Shown here: in pieces, positions 24,730 to 36,800 of the stretch
Layout of the letters: the number at the start of each line of letters is the position of its first letter
Numbering within the stretch: the first letter of the stretch is position 1
NCBI GenBank assembly: GCA_964016885.1
Contig: OZ024743.1
Coordinates: 5,642,001 to 5,706,000 of the forward strand
DNA length: 64,000 nucleotides
Reading direction: 5' to 3'
DNA from: Eledone cirrhosa
Taxonomy: Eukaryota
Notes under the pieces: generated by a model
What the model was told of the DNA's origin: nothing
What the model saw: the letters and a program-made list of their open reading frames with translations, nothing else
Databases searched by the model: none
Program-made: the position numbers and the translations under genes

Positions 24730-26110
24730 AAGGTGATGAACTAGAAAGGAGCAACTAGAGAGGCATAAAACTGACAGACCAAGTTATGAAAGTGACAGAA
24801 AGAGTTTTAGCACAACTAATTAGGGAAATAGTTAGATTAGATGAGATGCATTTGGTTTTATACCAAAGAAGATCACAGATACCCTTTTCTTTGGGAGACA
24901 ATTACAAGAGATGTTCCTAGTTAAGCGTAAACCATTATATCTAGCTTTCATGGATTTCGAGAGGCCTTTGACAGAGTATCGCAATCTGCCATCTAGTTGT
25001 CCTTAAGGAAACTAGACATAGAAAATGGCTTGTGCAGAGTTTTTTTTTCTTTCAGCTCACTTATGTTATGCCATTCATCCATACTAACATTACATATCTG
25101 CCAAAGCAATGTAATGAAATTATCCTTGGGTTAGATTTGCTGTAGTATGGAAATATAGTTTATTTTCGTATCATATGTCATATTTGTCAATTCTAACAAA
25201 CGTAACTGTGATGAGATCTAGTGACAGAAGAACAAGCCATGTTCAGAGGTGCTGTCAGCAAGGTTAAAGTTAATAATAACTATAGCGGGGAGTTTAGTGT
25301 GCAAGTCGGGGTCCACCAAGGCTCTGTCCTTAACCCTCTCCTGTTTATTATCATCCTCCAGGCTATAACAGAAGAGTTTAAAACAGGATGTCCATGAGAA
25401 CTCTTGTATGCTGATGATCTAACTCTCATAGCTGATTCTATGACAGAACTAGAGAAAAAATTCCTGACCTGAAAGCATAACCTGGGATCAAAAGTTCTTA
25501 AAGTCAATTTGTCAAAAACCAAAGTTCTAGTAAGTAATAAAGAAAACAAGGCCCTGATCCCTTCTGGAAGTAGCCCTGCTCAGTGTGTAGTACTGCATTG
25601 AAATTCCATCCTGTCTCAAATGCAAGCTGTGTGGACTGTGTACACAAGAGATGGAATGGGATCTTAGGTAGGCTAGCTAAGAACATAGGTTTTTACTTGT
25701 GGCCATTACAGAGGAGGCATAAGTAACAAACACCCACAAGAAACAAGTGCTATCAAATTTTTGGAAGGTTCCATAAAAGCAGTTTACAGTTTCTTTTACC
25801 TGGGTAACCAAATTAGCTGTGGAGGTGGGTGCACCAAAAGTACAGTAGCCAGAGTGAGAATGGGTGGAAAAAGTTCAAGGAACTACTACCGCTGCTAGCT
25901 ACAAAAGGATTTTCCCTCAAAATGAAGGGCAGATTGTATGATGCATGTATACGAACAGCAATGTTACATGGTAGGGAGTTCTGGGCACTGTGTGCAGAAG
26001 ACCTGCAAAGATTGGAAAGAAATGAAGCTTCCATGCTTTGATGGATGTGTAATAGTAAAATACAGGAACGGGAAAGCATAAATGAACTGAGAGAGAAACT
26101 GCTAGCACTC
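24730..26110 (+). mobile_element. Decayed RTE-clade LINE RT
   Basis: Fragments LIREIVRLDEM, FDRV, VGVHQGSVLNPLLFIIIL, LLYADDL, GWKKFKELLPLL, KGRLYDACIR; many frameshifts. Confidence 0.8.
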
Positions 26111-26157
26111 CAATCCTCATGCACCTACCCCACTCCAGCTCCAGTCAACACCATAAA

Positions 26158-26349
26158 GTCGTCGTTTTGGTGACACAACAAAAAACACCCAGTCCACACA
26201 GTAAAGTCGCTGTGTTGGCAACACAATAAAAATGCCCAACCTACACTGTAAAGTAGTCATGTGGGTGTCACAACAAAAAGCACCCTGTCAACACTATAGT
26301 GTGGTCATGTAGGTGTCACAATAAAAAGCATCCAGTATACACTGTAAAT
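26158..26349 (+). repeat. Four ~48-bp tandem copies of a SINE-tail segment (GTGGTCATGTGGGTGTCACAACAAAAAGCACCCAGT..CACTGTAAA)
   Basis: Direct reading; runs into the standard AGGAAGGGCATCCAG tail. Confidence 0.8.
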
Positions 26350-26509
26350 GTGCTTGGCATTAGGAAGGGCATCCAGTCATAGAAACATAGACAATAATCA
26401 GTTCTGTATGAGCAAGACAGTCACCTGATCTGACTTATCTCACAATGGGACAACTCATCTAACCCATGCTACATGGAAAAATGGATATTTAATGGTGATG
26501 AATGCATAC

Positions 26510-26541
<32 letters not shown>

Positions 26542-26878
26542 GGAGGCACATGGCTTAGTGGTTAGAGCATTGGCCTTGCAATCGAAAGGTTGTGAGTTCA
26601 ATTCTCAGACCGGGTGATGTGTTGTTTCCTTGAGCAAGGCACTTTATTTCACATTGCTCCAGTTTACTCAGCTGTAGAAATGAGATGATAGGGACTGGGG
26701 TCCCTATCATTCCACTGCAAAGTGGTCGTGGAGGTGCCACGGCAAAAAAGCACCCAGCACTCACTGTAAATGAGGTTGGTGTTAGGAAGGTCATCCAGCT
26801 GTAGAAATCAAGCCAGAATCAGTTCCCGTCCCACCCTTGCAAGCAGGGAAAAGTGGACATAAAATGAAATGATGATGA
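26542..26878 (+). mobile_element. tRNA-derived SINE (family B), full length, with RTE-type tail
   Basis: A-box TGGCTTAGTGG, B-box GAGTTCAATTC, CCTTGAGCAAGGCACTT core, (GAT)n end; related heads at ~21340 (+), ~15500 and ~33900 (-). Confidence 0.82.
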
Positions 26879-27063
26879 TATATATATATATATATATGAA
26901 TATAAAGTGACAATAAGAATTGCAGCTTTTTGTAAACTTTATTACATATTACAATTTGTTGTGATCAGATCCTGACTCTTAATCGACACTTCTTCAGATA
27001 TGAGAGTTTACATGGGTGGTCCCATCCGAAGTTACCCACCTAATAACCTATATATATGTATAG

Positions 27064-27097
<34 letters not shown>

Positions 27098-27503
27098 GTG
27101 TATATATATAGTTAAAACTTAGACGGGAACAAAAACACAAATAAGAGTTTATTAGGTTCACGCTTTTGAGAGTGTGTGTGTGTGGGGGGGGCTTATATAT
27201 ATATATATACATATATATATATACATGTATATATACACACACACACACATATATATATATGTACAAAAAGCAAACAGAAATAACAAAGCAAACGACACAC
27301 TACAATGAATGAATATATTATAGGTATCTAAATGTAAAAATGTGCAGCAACTTTATGAATATTGTGTTAAAAGTATATCTTAACTATTTTTTTTAATTGC
27401 GTGCATACACACTAACATATCATTCTTCAATTTTATATTTGATTAGTTACGTTAAATAGTGAACATAATATGATTTCAACCAAGTCCAAAATGTAAGACC
27501 TAC

Positions 27504-27552
27504 CTTTGATAAAATACAAACAATATAGAGAAAGGAAAGGAAAAATATTCAT
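27504..27552 (-). CDS. Orphan type-I membrane protein, exon 1 (signal peptide)
   Basis: aaacATG; MNIFPFLSLYCLYFIK + G|GTAGGT, phase 1; joined to exon 2 it gives ...YFIKDAQA-QIQ with an A-x-A signal peptidase site. Confidence 0.65.
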
Positions 27553-28760
27553 GTTTAAATAACTATTTGTCTTTTTCCTTTTACACAAAATGGTAATGAA
27601 TGTATTTCCAACTTCAGATTGTTAAAATAATTGTGACTTGCTTTCTTGATTAATAAATCATATATATATTCTTTTAACTTGGATATTTTATCAACATTAT
27701 ATCCTCATATAATGTTCAAAGCATGGATACCTGTTGTTTCTATAAATATTCTCTTTTTTGAACAACTTTATATATATACATTGGGGATTAGTGGGTCTGG
27801 TGGATAGATTTTGTCAACAAAATCACTTGATTCCTAGGTTTCTTGCATGACTAAACACAGCAAATACTTGTATTTGTTTTTTGTTCAAGTATTATGTTAC
27901 TAACCTGTTAACATTCAATACAAGTTCAAGCTCACTAAAAAGAAAGCTTTGTTGAAACTAAATCCTTCACATTAATTGATACCTTTCTTTCTTCTTTAGT
28001 TCATTATCAATGCATTTTTGGTTTGTTTTCCATGTAATAAATTCCAAAACAAAAGATATTTTGTTTTCTAGCTCAACAAATTTTATTTGATATTTATTGT
28101 ATTCTATTATTTCTTAAGGAATGTTCAGATTGTCTTTGTTTTATACCTGTTGTATTCTATTTCTAATAGTTGGAGGAGATATCTAATTTGTATCATTAAA
28201 TCAGAACAAGTAAGAAATAAGAATCAGCTTACAGAAGTATCCAAGTCTCAGGAAGTATTTAAATTCTATTTGTATCAGTTGTAAACCTAGAGGCTCTCAG
28301 TAGATTTACTTATATACACAGGGTAGTTGTTGTATCCTACTAAACATTGATTCAGGTTTTCAGTCTATGGCTCCCTTGGGTTTGCAACTTCTTATCAATA
28401 CCCACAATCTTATTGTATTACTCAACCCAGAAATGTGGGTCATAACCAGAAGTTTCAATGGTGTATCAACAAACCTAATACCTACGCAGGAACACTCCAC
28501 TCATAAAATCTATTCATTTTGGGAACTACATAAGTATTTCATACGGGACATTCAAATCAAAATATATATAACCATTATGTTGTCAGTGTTGCTTCTAATA
28601 ATGCCGATGATAATGATGTAGACATCCTCTCCATTCATAATTTGTATTCATAGAAGTCCAGTTGTCTCTTCTGTATATATAAAATCCATGTTTTTGTTAT
28701 CTATATAAGTGTGGAAGAGATATAGAGGTGATGAATAGATATAGATGGAGAGATATAATA

Positions 28761-28935
28761 ATAATTGTTTCTATTTTGGGCACAAGGCCAGCAATTATCG
28801 CAGTGCATTACTGGCACTTTATTTTATTGACCCCGTAAGGATGAAAGGCAAAGTTAACCACAGCAGGATTTGAACTCAAACCGTAAAGGGCCGTAACTCT
28901 AGGCTGCAAAGTATGGCGTCCGACTCTCTACCGAA
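28761..28935 (-). mobile_element. SINE family A
   Basis: Reverse complement of the 16971 consensus. Confidence 0.85.
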
Positions 28936-29339
28936 GACAAATTATTTGTAGTGCACCTGAGCACTGTACACAATAATTTTCATTATATTATATATGTCCG
29001 TATTTCCATGCAGGCATTGATTAAATAAAGTTTTTTGAAGCAGAACTGTACACCTGGATGCTTTTTTTTTTTTACACCAACTCTCTCTTTTAAAAATTAA
29101 GATATAGATCCTCACACATCTAACTGCTGAGCCACCATAAATAAACAAGTATCATGTCCTATGCTAGTGATGTCAAATGCAAAGACAAAGAAACAAACAC
29201 AAAAACACACATATATGATAGGTTTTGCAGTTTCCACCTGCCAATGTCACAACAATCTGCAGAGACATTTGATGTGAAAATGATTCAGCTACTTGGTATG
29301 TCTGCTGTATACAGTTGTCCATCTTACAGTTATAGAGAA

Positions 29340-30020
29340 GGACTGAATGTAGAACTACTTGGTAGACTTTCAGCTTGGTAATAATGATGATACCTATATG
29401 TTCCCAGAGTGAAGTGTGCTCTTCTAAAAGCTGGGTTTACTTTGGCTATCCTGGAATTGATCTTATCATCATTGCAGAAGTGTCTTGAGAGAAAGCCACC
29501 AAGGTAGATGAACTCCTCTGTTCATTATTTTCGGCTCTCTGTACTTGTGATCCGGTTAGTGCTGGTACATTACTTTAGTCTTTTTGGTGCTGATAGACCA
29601 AAGTTATCACTGGTTACAGAGAGCCTGTCTATGCTTTGTTGCAAGTCATTGGTATTGCTGGCATGCAGTGTAAAATCATCTGCAAAGAGGTCATGAATAT
29701 TGGAGGTTTGTATTTTAGTCACTATTAGGCATGTAAGGTTGTGAAGACCCCTATCCCTTCTGTAATAGATGTGAGCACCTGCAGGAGGGTTATCCTTGAA
29801 GGCATCTGTAAACATTGTCAAGAACATTATACTGAACAGCGCTAGTGCCAATAAACACTCATGTTTTACACCATTGTTGCCAGGAAAGTCTTCCAGGGCT
29901 TCACCAACATTAAGGGCAGGAGCCATCAGGCCATCATGAAATTATCTAACAATGTTGGTAAATTTATTTGAGCAGCCAAACTTAAATATAATCTTCCAGA
30001 GGTTTTCCCAATTTACAGGC
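29340..30020 (-). mobile_element. Decayed RTE/BovB-like RT fragment
   Basis: NGVK..C.LA..LFSI, DLFADD, DLQQSIDRLS...NFGL in ORF 29570..29926. Confidence 0.7.
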
Positions 30021-31699
30021 TGCAAAGTGTTACTTTTTTTTTTTAGAAAACTTAGCTTCTTATATAGCTTTTGTAGGTGGTCATGTAACGGGTGTAAGAT
30101 TTGATGTTTGTTAATCAAATCTATTGTTGTATGGTTGGTTAGATTTGTCAGTGGTTCATTGTAATGTGGCAGGAATGTGTAGCAGTAACTGTTGGTTTGA
30201 TGGGTGATTTCTAAAGTTGTTCTTTCTCGTATAAAGCACTGTGCGTATGTCTCAGGGAGTCAAGATGTATGGTTGCTAGAGCCAAGTGAATGAATGATAA
30301 CAAGTTGCTGCTACTTTCTTAATTTTATTAAATAACAACTTACTTTGAAGTTATTGTGATAACATAGGAAACTGACAAAGAGTACAGTATATTATGTCTG
30401 TAATGTGGTTTTGTGTAAATGCTTGTACTAGTAGTCTTAAAAGTTATATGTAACTAAACTTTGTTGATATCAAACGGAAAATTAACTGCCTTAGCTTGTT
30501 GTCCGAAAGGCCAATGGATTAGAGTGAGTCTGTTGATAACTACATTGTTCTGTGTCTTTCATGAACTACATTGGACAACCAAGGGCAGACTATTTATGAG
30601 GATCCTGTTATCAGATGGTTTCAAGAAAACTATTCCCCCAAGACAATTTGGCAACAGGTGTCCAAAAACAAAGGAAGTAAATATCTTTGAAGCCAAATGG
30701 TCAGCATGTGTGGTCGCAATGACTTATTTAGCCAACCGGGGACTAGAAGTTCAAATCTCTCTTCTTAGATTCACTGTAGACTCAGTTTTAAATGGAAAGT
30801 GAAATTGTTAGGTGAAAAGCGAAACTGTACTAGTGCAAAAACTGTTACTCAAATGTTAAATTTATAGAACATCAATTTCAATGAGAAATAATTTTTCCAA
30901 GGTTTTTCCATGTGGTATTAATTAATCTGACTCCGGAACATGTTGCAAAGAACTTTTTTCCGCAGAAAACGGGGGGGGGCATCCGCAGACTTTTCGCCCC
31001 CTGGTGTTTTCTTTACCATTTTCTTGTGCTACCAACTAACTTACTTCTGAATATGCCACAAAGGACTTTTTTCTAGGAAAATCGAGTGGGAAGGAGGGAC
31101 CCTCGTACCTGCTCCCGTCTTGGAGTTTTTTTTTCTTTACCTCCCAACTCTAACACCACCCCAACGCTAACTCTAGCCCTGATGTAGGGGGGGGGGGGGG
31201 TGCAAAGTCCGAGGGACCCCTCCGTTTTCTGGGAGGAGGGTTCTTTGTGGCATGTTCGGAGTTAAGAGTAGTTGGTAGCATACGAAAAAAAGAAGGAAAG
31301 GAAAACGAGAAAAAATAATTATTTCCCACTAAAATCGATGAAGGGTGTTCTATAATATTCAAATGTATTTTTGGAAAATTAATAAAACTGCACCATTTTC
31401 GCGTTCGATTGGGACATTTTTTCCCTATTCTTTTTTAATTTTTTTATCGTATTTTCAACGAACCTGATCTTCGACCGGTTTGGAGGTCAGATTCATTGAA
31501 AACAGGAAAACACTAGAGAAAAAATAATTTCCCATCGAGTTAGTGTAGATCTTAAAAATTACCATATTTTCCTCTATACTTCTATGTTGACGTAAGCAGG
31601 GACAAAAAAGAAATTACATCTTTAAAATTTGTATTACAGATAAAAGCAGAAAGATGTCGCTGCGGATCCACCGTAGACTCTTTCGGCTTCCACCCGCTG

Positions 31700-32150
31700 T
31701 CATGTCGTGACGGCCGCCTTCCACGCCATGCTGCTCTCAACGACATCATAAAGCAGGGCATGGATGCTGCAGGCTTCCTCTCCCAGCTCGAGGCGACATA
31801 ACCATATTCCTGTTCTGCGGTGGTAAACCCTTCATCTGGGATGCCACATACAGCGACACTTTCTCCAGCGGCAATCTGGTGCAGTCAGCGACTAATAAAG
31901 GTTTTGCTGCACTTCGGGTCGAGGGGGGTAAACACTCCAAATATCGCTCGCTTCCCGACATGTTTGCAGTTGAACCCGTAGCAGTGGAGACTTCCTGTGT
32001 CCTTGGCCCTAAGACCACCTTCATCGACACGAAGTTGGCTACCAGCAGGTCTCGCGAACTGGAATAGCTCTTCCAACACGTCTTCCCACCCCGGTGAAAC
32101 GCCTTCTCTATTTTGTCCGCCGGGGCCGCGGGACGGCAAGCGTGTAGGCC
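31700..32150 (+). mobile_element. Decayed 3' fragment of an RLE-type (CRE-like) non-LTR element
   Basis: GKP.IWDATYSDTFS, K.SKY, VEPVAVETS.VLGP motifs; homologous to 60020-60705. Confidence 0.65.
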
Positions 32151-32303
32151 CAATTTGCTTATAATAGAGATGGGGAGAGCGAGATAGACGGAGGCAGTGA
32201 CTATACCAGCATTGCTGAAGTATTTTGTAGAGTTAAAGGTTAAATGATTTTCCACCCATCTATTAGTCTACAAAATGTTAGAATCTTTATATATATATAT
32301 AGA

Positions 32304-32398
32304 AGAGCTTCTACAGCACTAGAACTGTTTCATTCGTGAGAAATCACCAGGTATATGATTTCTCACGAATGAAACAGTTCTAGTCTTGTAGAAGCTCT
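32304..32398. repeat. 43-bp inverted repeat (41/43) built from two hammerhead-like Penelope-type termini
   Basis: AGAGCTTCTACAGCACTAGAACTGTTTCATTCGTGAGAAATCA-ccaggtata-TGATTTCTCACGAATGAAACAGTTCTAGTCTTGTAGAAGCTCT. Confidence 0.85.
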
Positions 32399-32544
32399 GC
32401 TATGTATTGAGTACCTTACTTACTGTGGTTACCTCCGATTCAACCCGGAATAACTTACCTATATATATATATAATTAAGACTAGATTGGCAATTCATAAA
32501 ACAATGTTAACAGTTCATTTAGTACAATTTATGAGTAGAAGAGT

Positions 32545-32646
32545 TCCTATTCCGCTTCCCATAATTCTACATCCGGAATATAAACCCGGTGTGGTTTAAG
32601 GTTTTTTTTCAATAACGTGTTCAGATAATTTTACTTATTCGGATTT
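32545..32646 (+). promoter_or_regulatory. Candidate promoter and non-coding first exon of SF3A2
   Basis: ETS-like CGCTTCC/CCGGAA motifs and local CpGs, then T|GTAAGT donor at 32647; the ATG exon has its own acceptor at 35226, so an upstream exon is expected. Confidence 0.4.
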
Positions 32647-33177
32647 GTAAGTATTTTTCGATTGTGACATTAATTATTTTTCTTTTTAAAGTATTTCTAT
32701 AAATAAATTGAAATAGTAATGACGCAAAATGTTGATAGTTTGTCTGGTAAAAAATTTATGGCATATTAAAACTTTGTGATATTTATACAATAAAGAAACC
32801 CGCTTTTTGGTATAAATTACAAATTAAATGTCGATAATTATTTATTTGAAGACAATCAAAGCCTCATGAAATTCTATATTTTACTATGAAGTCTATTTCG
32901 TTATTGATGTGATTCTTAGAAATTGATGTTATAATCTATTACTTTATTCTCAAATTAAACACACTTGTAATAACAGTTAGTACTCCCAACCTCTATATGT
33001 ATTCCTATTGTGGCTTCTACTTTTACTTATGTTTAGTCTTGTGTTTCTATTATTAACAATTTCTAGTGATCCAAGTACTTTTGTTTTTCTGCGATTCTTC
33101 ATATTACGATCCTAAGCTCAAAATAAAATACAAATAACATGTAATATAAACATCAAAATTTTTAAAGAAACAAACAA

Positions 33178-33362
33178 TAATTGTTTCTACTTTTGGCACA
33201 AGGCGAGCAAAACCCAGTACATTACTGGTACTTTATTTTATCGACCCCGTAAGGATGAAAGGCAAAGTTAACCTCGGCGGGATTTGAACTCAGATCGTAA
33301 AGGGACGTAACTGTGTTGGAAAGCATGGCGTCCGACCCTCTACCGATACTGCCAATCCATGC
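33178..33362 (-). mobile_element. SINE family A, full length
   Basis: Reverse complement of the 16971 consensus including the A and B boxes. Confidence 0.85.
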
Positions 33363-35241
33363 TACGTATATTGAATCATATTCTTTAAATTATAGAATAT
33401 TTAACAAGGAATATATTGTTTGATATAGTAGTTACTTTTGGTTCTTCTAAAGACAAATGGAACAGGAAATCTCAAACAATTTAGTGGAGTCACTATTATG
33501 GAATGGACCTTCGTCGGTTTCGACGATGAGTGCTCCACTTGTTCGATCAACGGAGCAGCCAGTTCGTGAAATTGACGTGCAAGTGACACAGCATTTCATA
33601 GACACGTGTACCTTTACCGTAATTATCAAGAAGATTCAGTATAACATCGTGATAAGGCCAGCCCTTTGAATTATAGGTACAGTCCATCCGACGGGCTTTC
33701 AAACAGTTTCCGTCTACCCACAAAGTTTGGGTTAACCTAAAAAAATAATCTAAAGTCTGTCTCTAATTATAATACATAAGGCCAGTTCTTATCCCTGTTT
33801 CTGTGTGTGAAATGACTTGAGAATACAAGACTTCCTCCTGGACAGGACACCAGTCCATCGCAGGGTTAACCCTCCAGCTATTGCTGGTACTCATTTCCAG
33901 CTGAGTTTACTGCAGCAACGTGAAATGTAGTATTTTGCTCAAGAACACAACACACAACCCAGTCCAAGAATCGAACCCATGACTTAAGGCTATGGTAAAT
34001 GACACTTGCCCAAGATGGCACACAGTTGGATTGAACTCAGAACTTGATTGCAAAGCGAACTCTTCAACTGTTCAGCTATGCGTCCACAGTCCGTACTGTA
34101 TTTGACCACACAGGTGTGTGTATATATATATATATATAAATTAGTATTGGTGTTCCAACATAGCGTTATACACATGTATATATGTGTTGTATATTGAATA
34201 ATATACAGGATGTTTATGAAAAACATTTGACAGTATTTCGCTATGAATTTTCAGCAAAAGCAAGGGGAAAGTAACCAACAATGCGTTGTTTCTTGCTTGT
34301 TGATGGTTGTCAAGGTTACATATGCACCTAGCTTCCACAGAAACAAAAATAAGCTAGAATCTTGTAGATTTCTCGCTTGTGTATATGAGCTGATGAAACT
34401 CATTTGCATATGGAGCGACAGCTGGCTTGGCTTAAATTAAAAGATTAGTATTGGTGCTCCAACATAGCGTTACACTCCTTGCTTTTGCTGAGGCTAGGAT
34501 GTGTGATGGTGGTCACAGCCTTAAACATTCATAGTAAAAGGCTGTCAAATGTTTTTCATAAACATCCTGTATATTATTCGATATACAACATGTGTATAAT
34601 GCTCTGTTTTCTTTAGATAATTTAATGACTTTCGTGTACGATTGCATTTTGTTATTCTAGTTTTTGTTTGTATTTCTTTTTGAATTTATGCTCATATTAT
34701 GAAGGATCTGATAGAGCAGACTTAGATCACGCAGACAGTCGAATGGCTGGCCTAGCTTAACCCACAAATAAGCCTGTTGATTCTAATAAGAGCCACATCA
34801 AAGGCAGGCTATGGGGATTTGGTTAGAGTACAATAGTTGCTGTATTATTGATGATATACACCCCAGCATGGTGATTAGGAGCTCATGAAGGTATTGAAGC
34901 TGCTGCTATAGCATTGTTGGTCAACTGGATAAGCTGTTGGAAAACCAGCTGAAAGACTTTGATGATCAAACCCCACTAGATGCAAATAGGTACTGTAGGG
35001 TAGTGTAACTCTGTAGGCAACATAGATCAGGGATTAGTTTTGGCCTGCAATGTTATATTCAATTCTGCTAGTTGGAAAAGTTACTCATGATAAACTGCCA
35101 CCTTATTGTCTTTCTTCATTCTGCAGTTGATGAAAATGGTACCAGTAATTAAGAGTATCTTCTCTATGTATATAGAATGGTTTTGTTACTTTATCTTTCA
35201 ATCATTTTGGTTTATTTATTTTTCAGATACATTAAATAATT

Positions 35242-35367
35242 ATGGATTTACAACACCGTCCTGGTGGTAAGACTGGTTCTGGCGGAGTGGCATCCGCTTC
35301 AGAAACCAACCTTGATCGGCGAGAGCGGATGCGACAATTGGCCTTAGAGACTATAAATTTAAATAAG
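35242..35367 (+). CDS. SF3A2: Splicing factor 3A subunit 2, coding exon 1
   Basis: MDLQHRPGGKTGSGGVASASETNLDRRERMRQLALETINLNK|GTAAGA; matches the SF3a66 N-terminus. Confidence 0.97.
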
Positions 35368-36728
35368 GTAAGAAAATATTCCTTAGAAATATGTTTCTCT
35401 CTTCATCATTGGCTCTGTCAGTAATTTGTGTGGAGCCTAGAGTAGATATGAATGGAAAGCTATGAACATCTGATTGTAAGACTTTGTTATTCTACTTAAA
35501 AATAGGTTCCTTCTTATATTATGGTTAAGTAATTAATGTTAAGAAAATCATCTATGTGCAAGATACTATGCCCTACAAAATTGTATGATAATATAAAGTC
35601 TTTGAAATCTGAAATATGTTTTAAATTTTTTATGAAAATATAATAGTAAACATAGAGTAATGTAAATGCTAAAGAGTTAAACCTCCTTCAAAATTGGTTT
35701 ATCATCAGAACAAGTTTACCACACTTTTTCCAATAATATTTATTACTGTTATGTATCATCAGAAGTTCAGCTTTGCACAATGTTCTATGTGTACATAACA
35801 ATTATAAATATAAATCCTGTCATCAAGCAATTAAAGTAAGCAGAAATGCAGTTAAGCTTTTACTTTATTTTCACCTGAGCCTTTGTATTTATCTTGCAAA
35901 TCACTTGCTTCTTAAATACAAGATCTACAAACTGTCACCCATTTTGGCTCGGTCTTATTAGAGGAGTAGGGCAGCACCTATGAACTTTTTCCATGTCTCT
36001 GAAACTGAAAGGGAGGATGTTATCCTCAGACCAGAAACCTGGTCTGAAGTATAGCAGCAGAGTTGCCTTCACCAAAGGCTATGTGGTGGTGTTAAACAAG
36101 ACAGCTGATTAAATCTACCCACCCAAAACAGTTTCTATTCTCCAAATTTCGCTTGCGAGGCTTTGATCAATCTGAAGCTATAGTAGCAAATATTTGCCCT
36201 AGGTATCAAGTAGTAGGAGCAAGTGAAAGCCATGTCTTGGATTGTTTTTTCTATTTTTAAATTTAAGTTGAGAATTTTTTTATCGCTAGAGAAAAGAAAG
36301 GGCAAAAAAACTCACAGAAAATATTTATACCGGCTGTGTCTGGCCAGAATTCTCTCACCTCTTTCTGTTCAAACTAGTTATAACCGGCCGTTCATACTGA
36401 CATTAAAGTATTGCTCTCAAAATAAATAATATTAAAATCTCGTAGATTCAATATAATGTGAGATAAAGCCGTTATAGTGAAAATACAATAGCAAATATAG
36501 AGTAATGGAAATGGTCATGGGTTAAAGCCTTTTTCATTGTATTTACTCTAAAGCAAATATTTAAGAATGTATACTAATTTGCATTGTTATCAATTTACTA
36601 ACTCTTAAACAAAATTACAATTAGTTCTATATTTTTTTATGAATTGTTAAAAAATACTATTTTTCTTTTGTTTCTTTAATTTGTTATCAGAATAATAATT
36701 AAGTTTTCTTCATGTTGTTTCTTTTCAG

Positions 36729-36800
36729 GATCCTTATTTTATGAAGAATCATTTGGGATCTTATGAATGCAAATTATGTCTGACATTACACAACAATGAG
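36729..36800 (+). CDS. SF3A2: SF3A2 coding exon 2 (start of the U1C/matrin-type zinc finger)
   Basis: DPYFMKNHLGSYECKLCLTLHNNE, AG/GT. Confidence 0.97.

Noticed and set aside
26542-26615. tRNA gene
   Set aside because: A and B boxes are present but there is no clean cloverleaf, and it continues into a SINE body and tail
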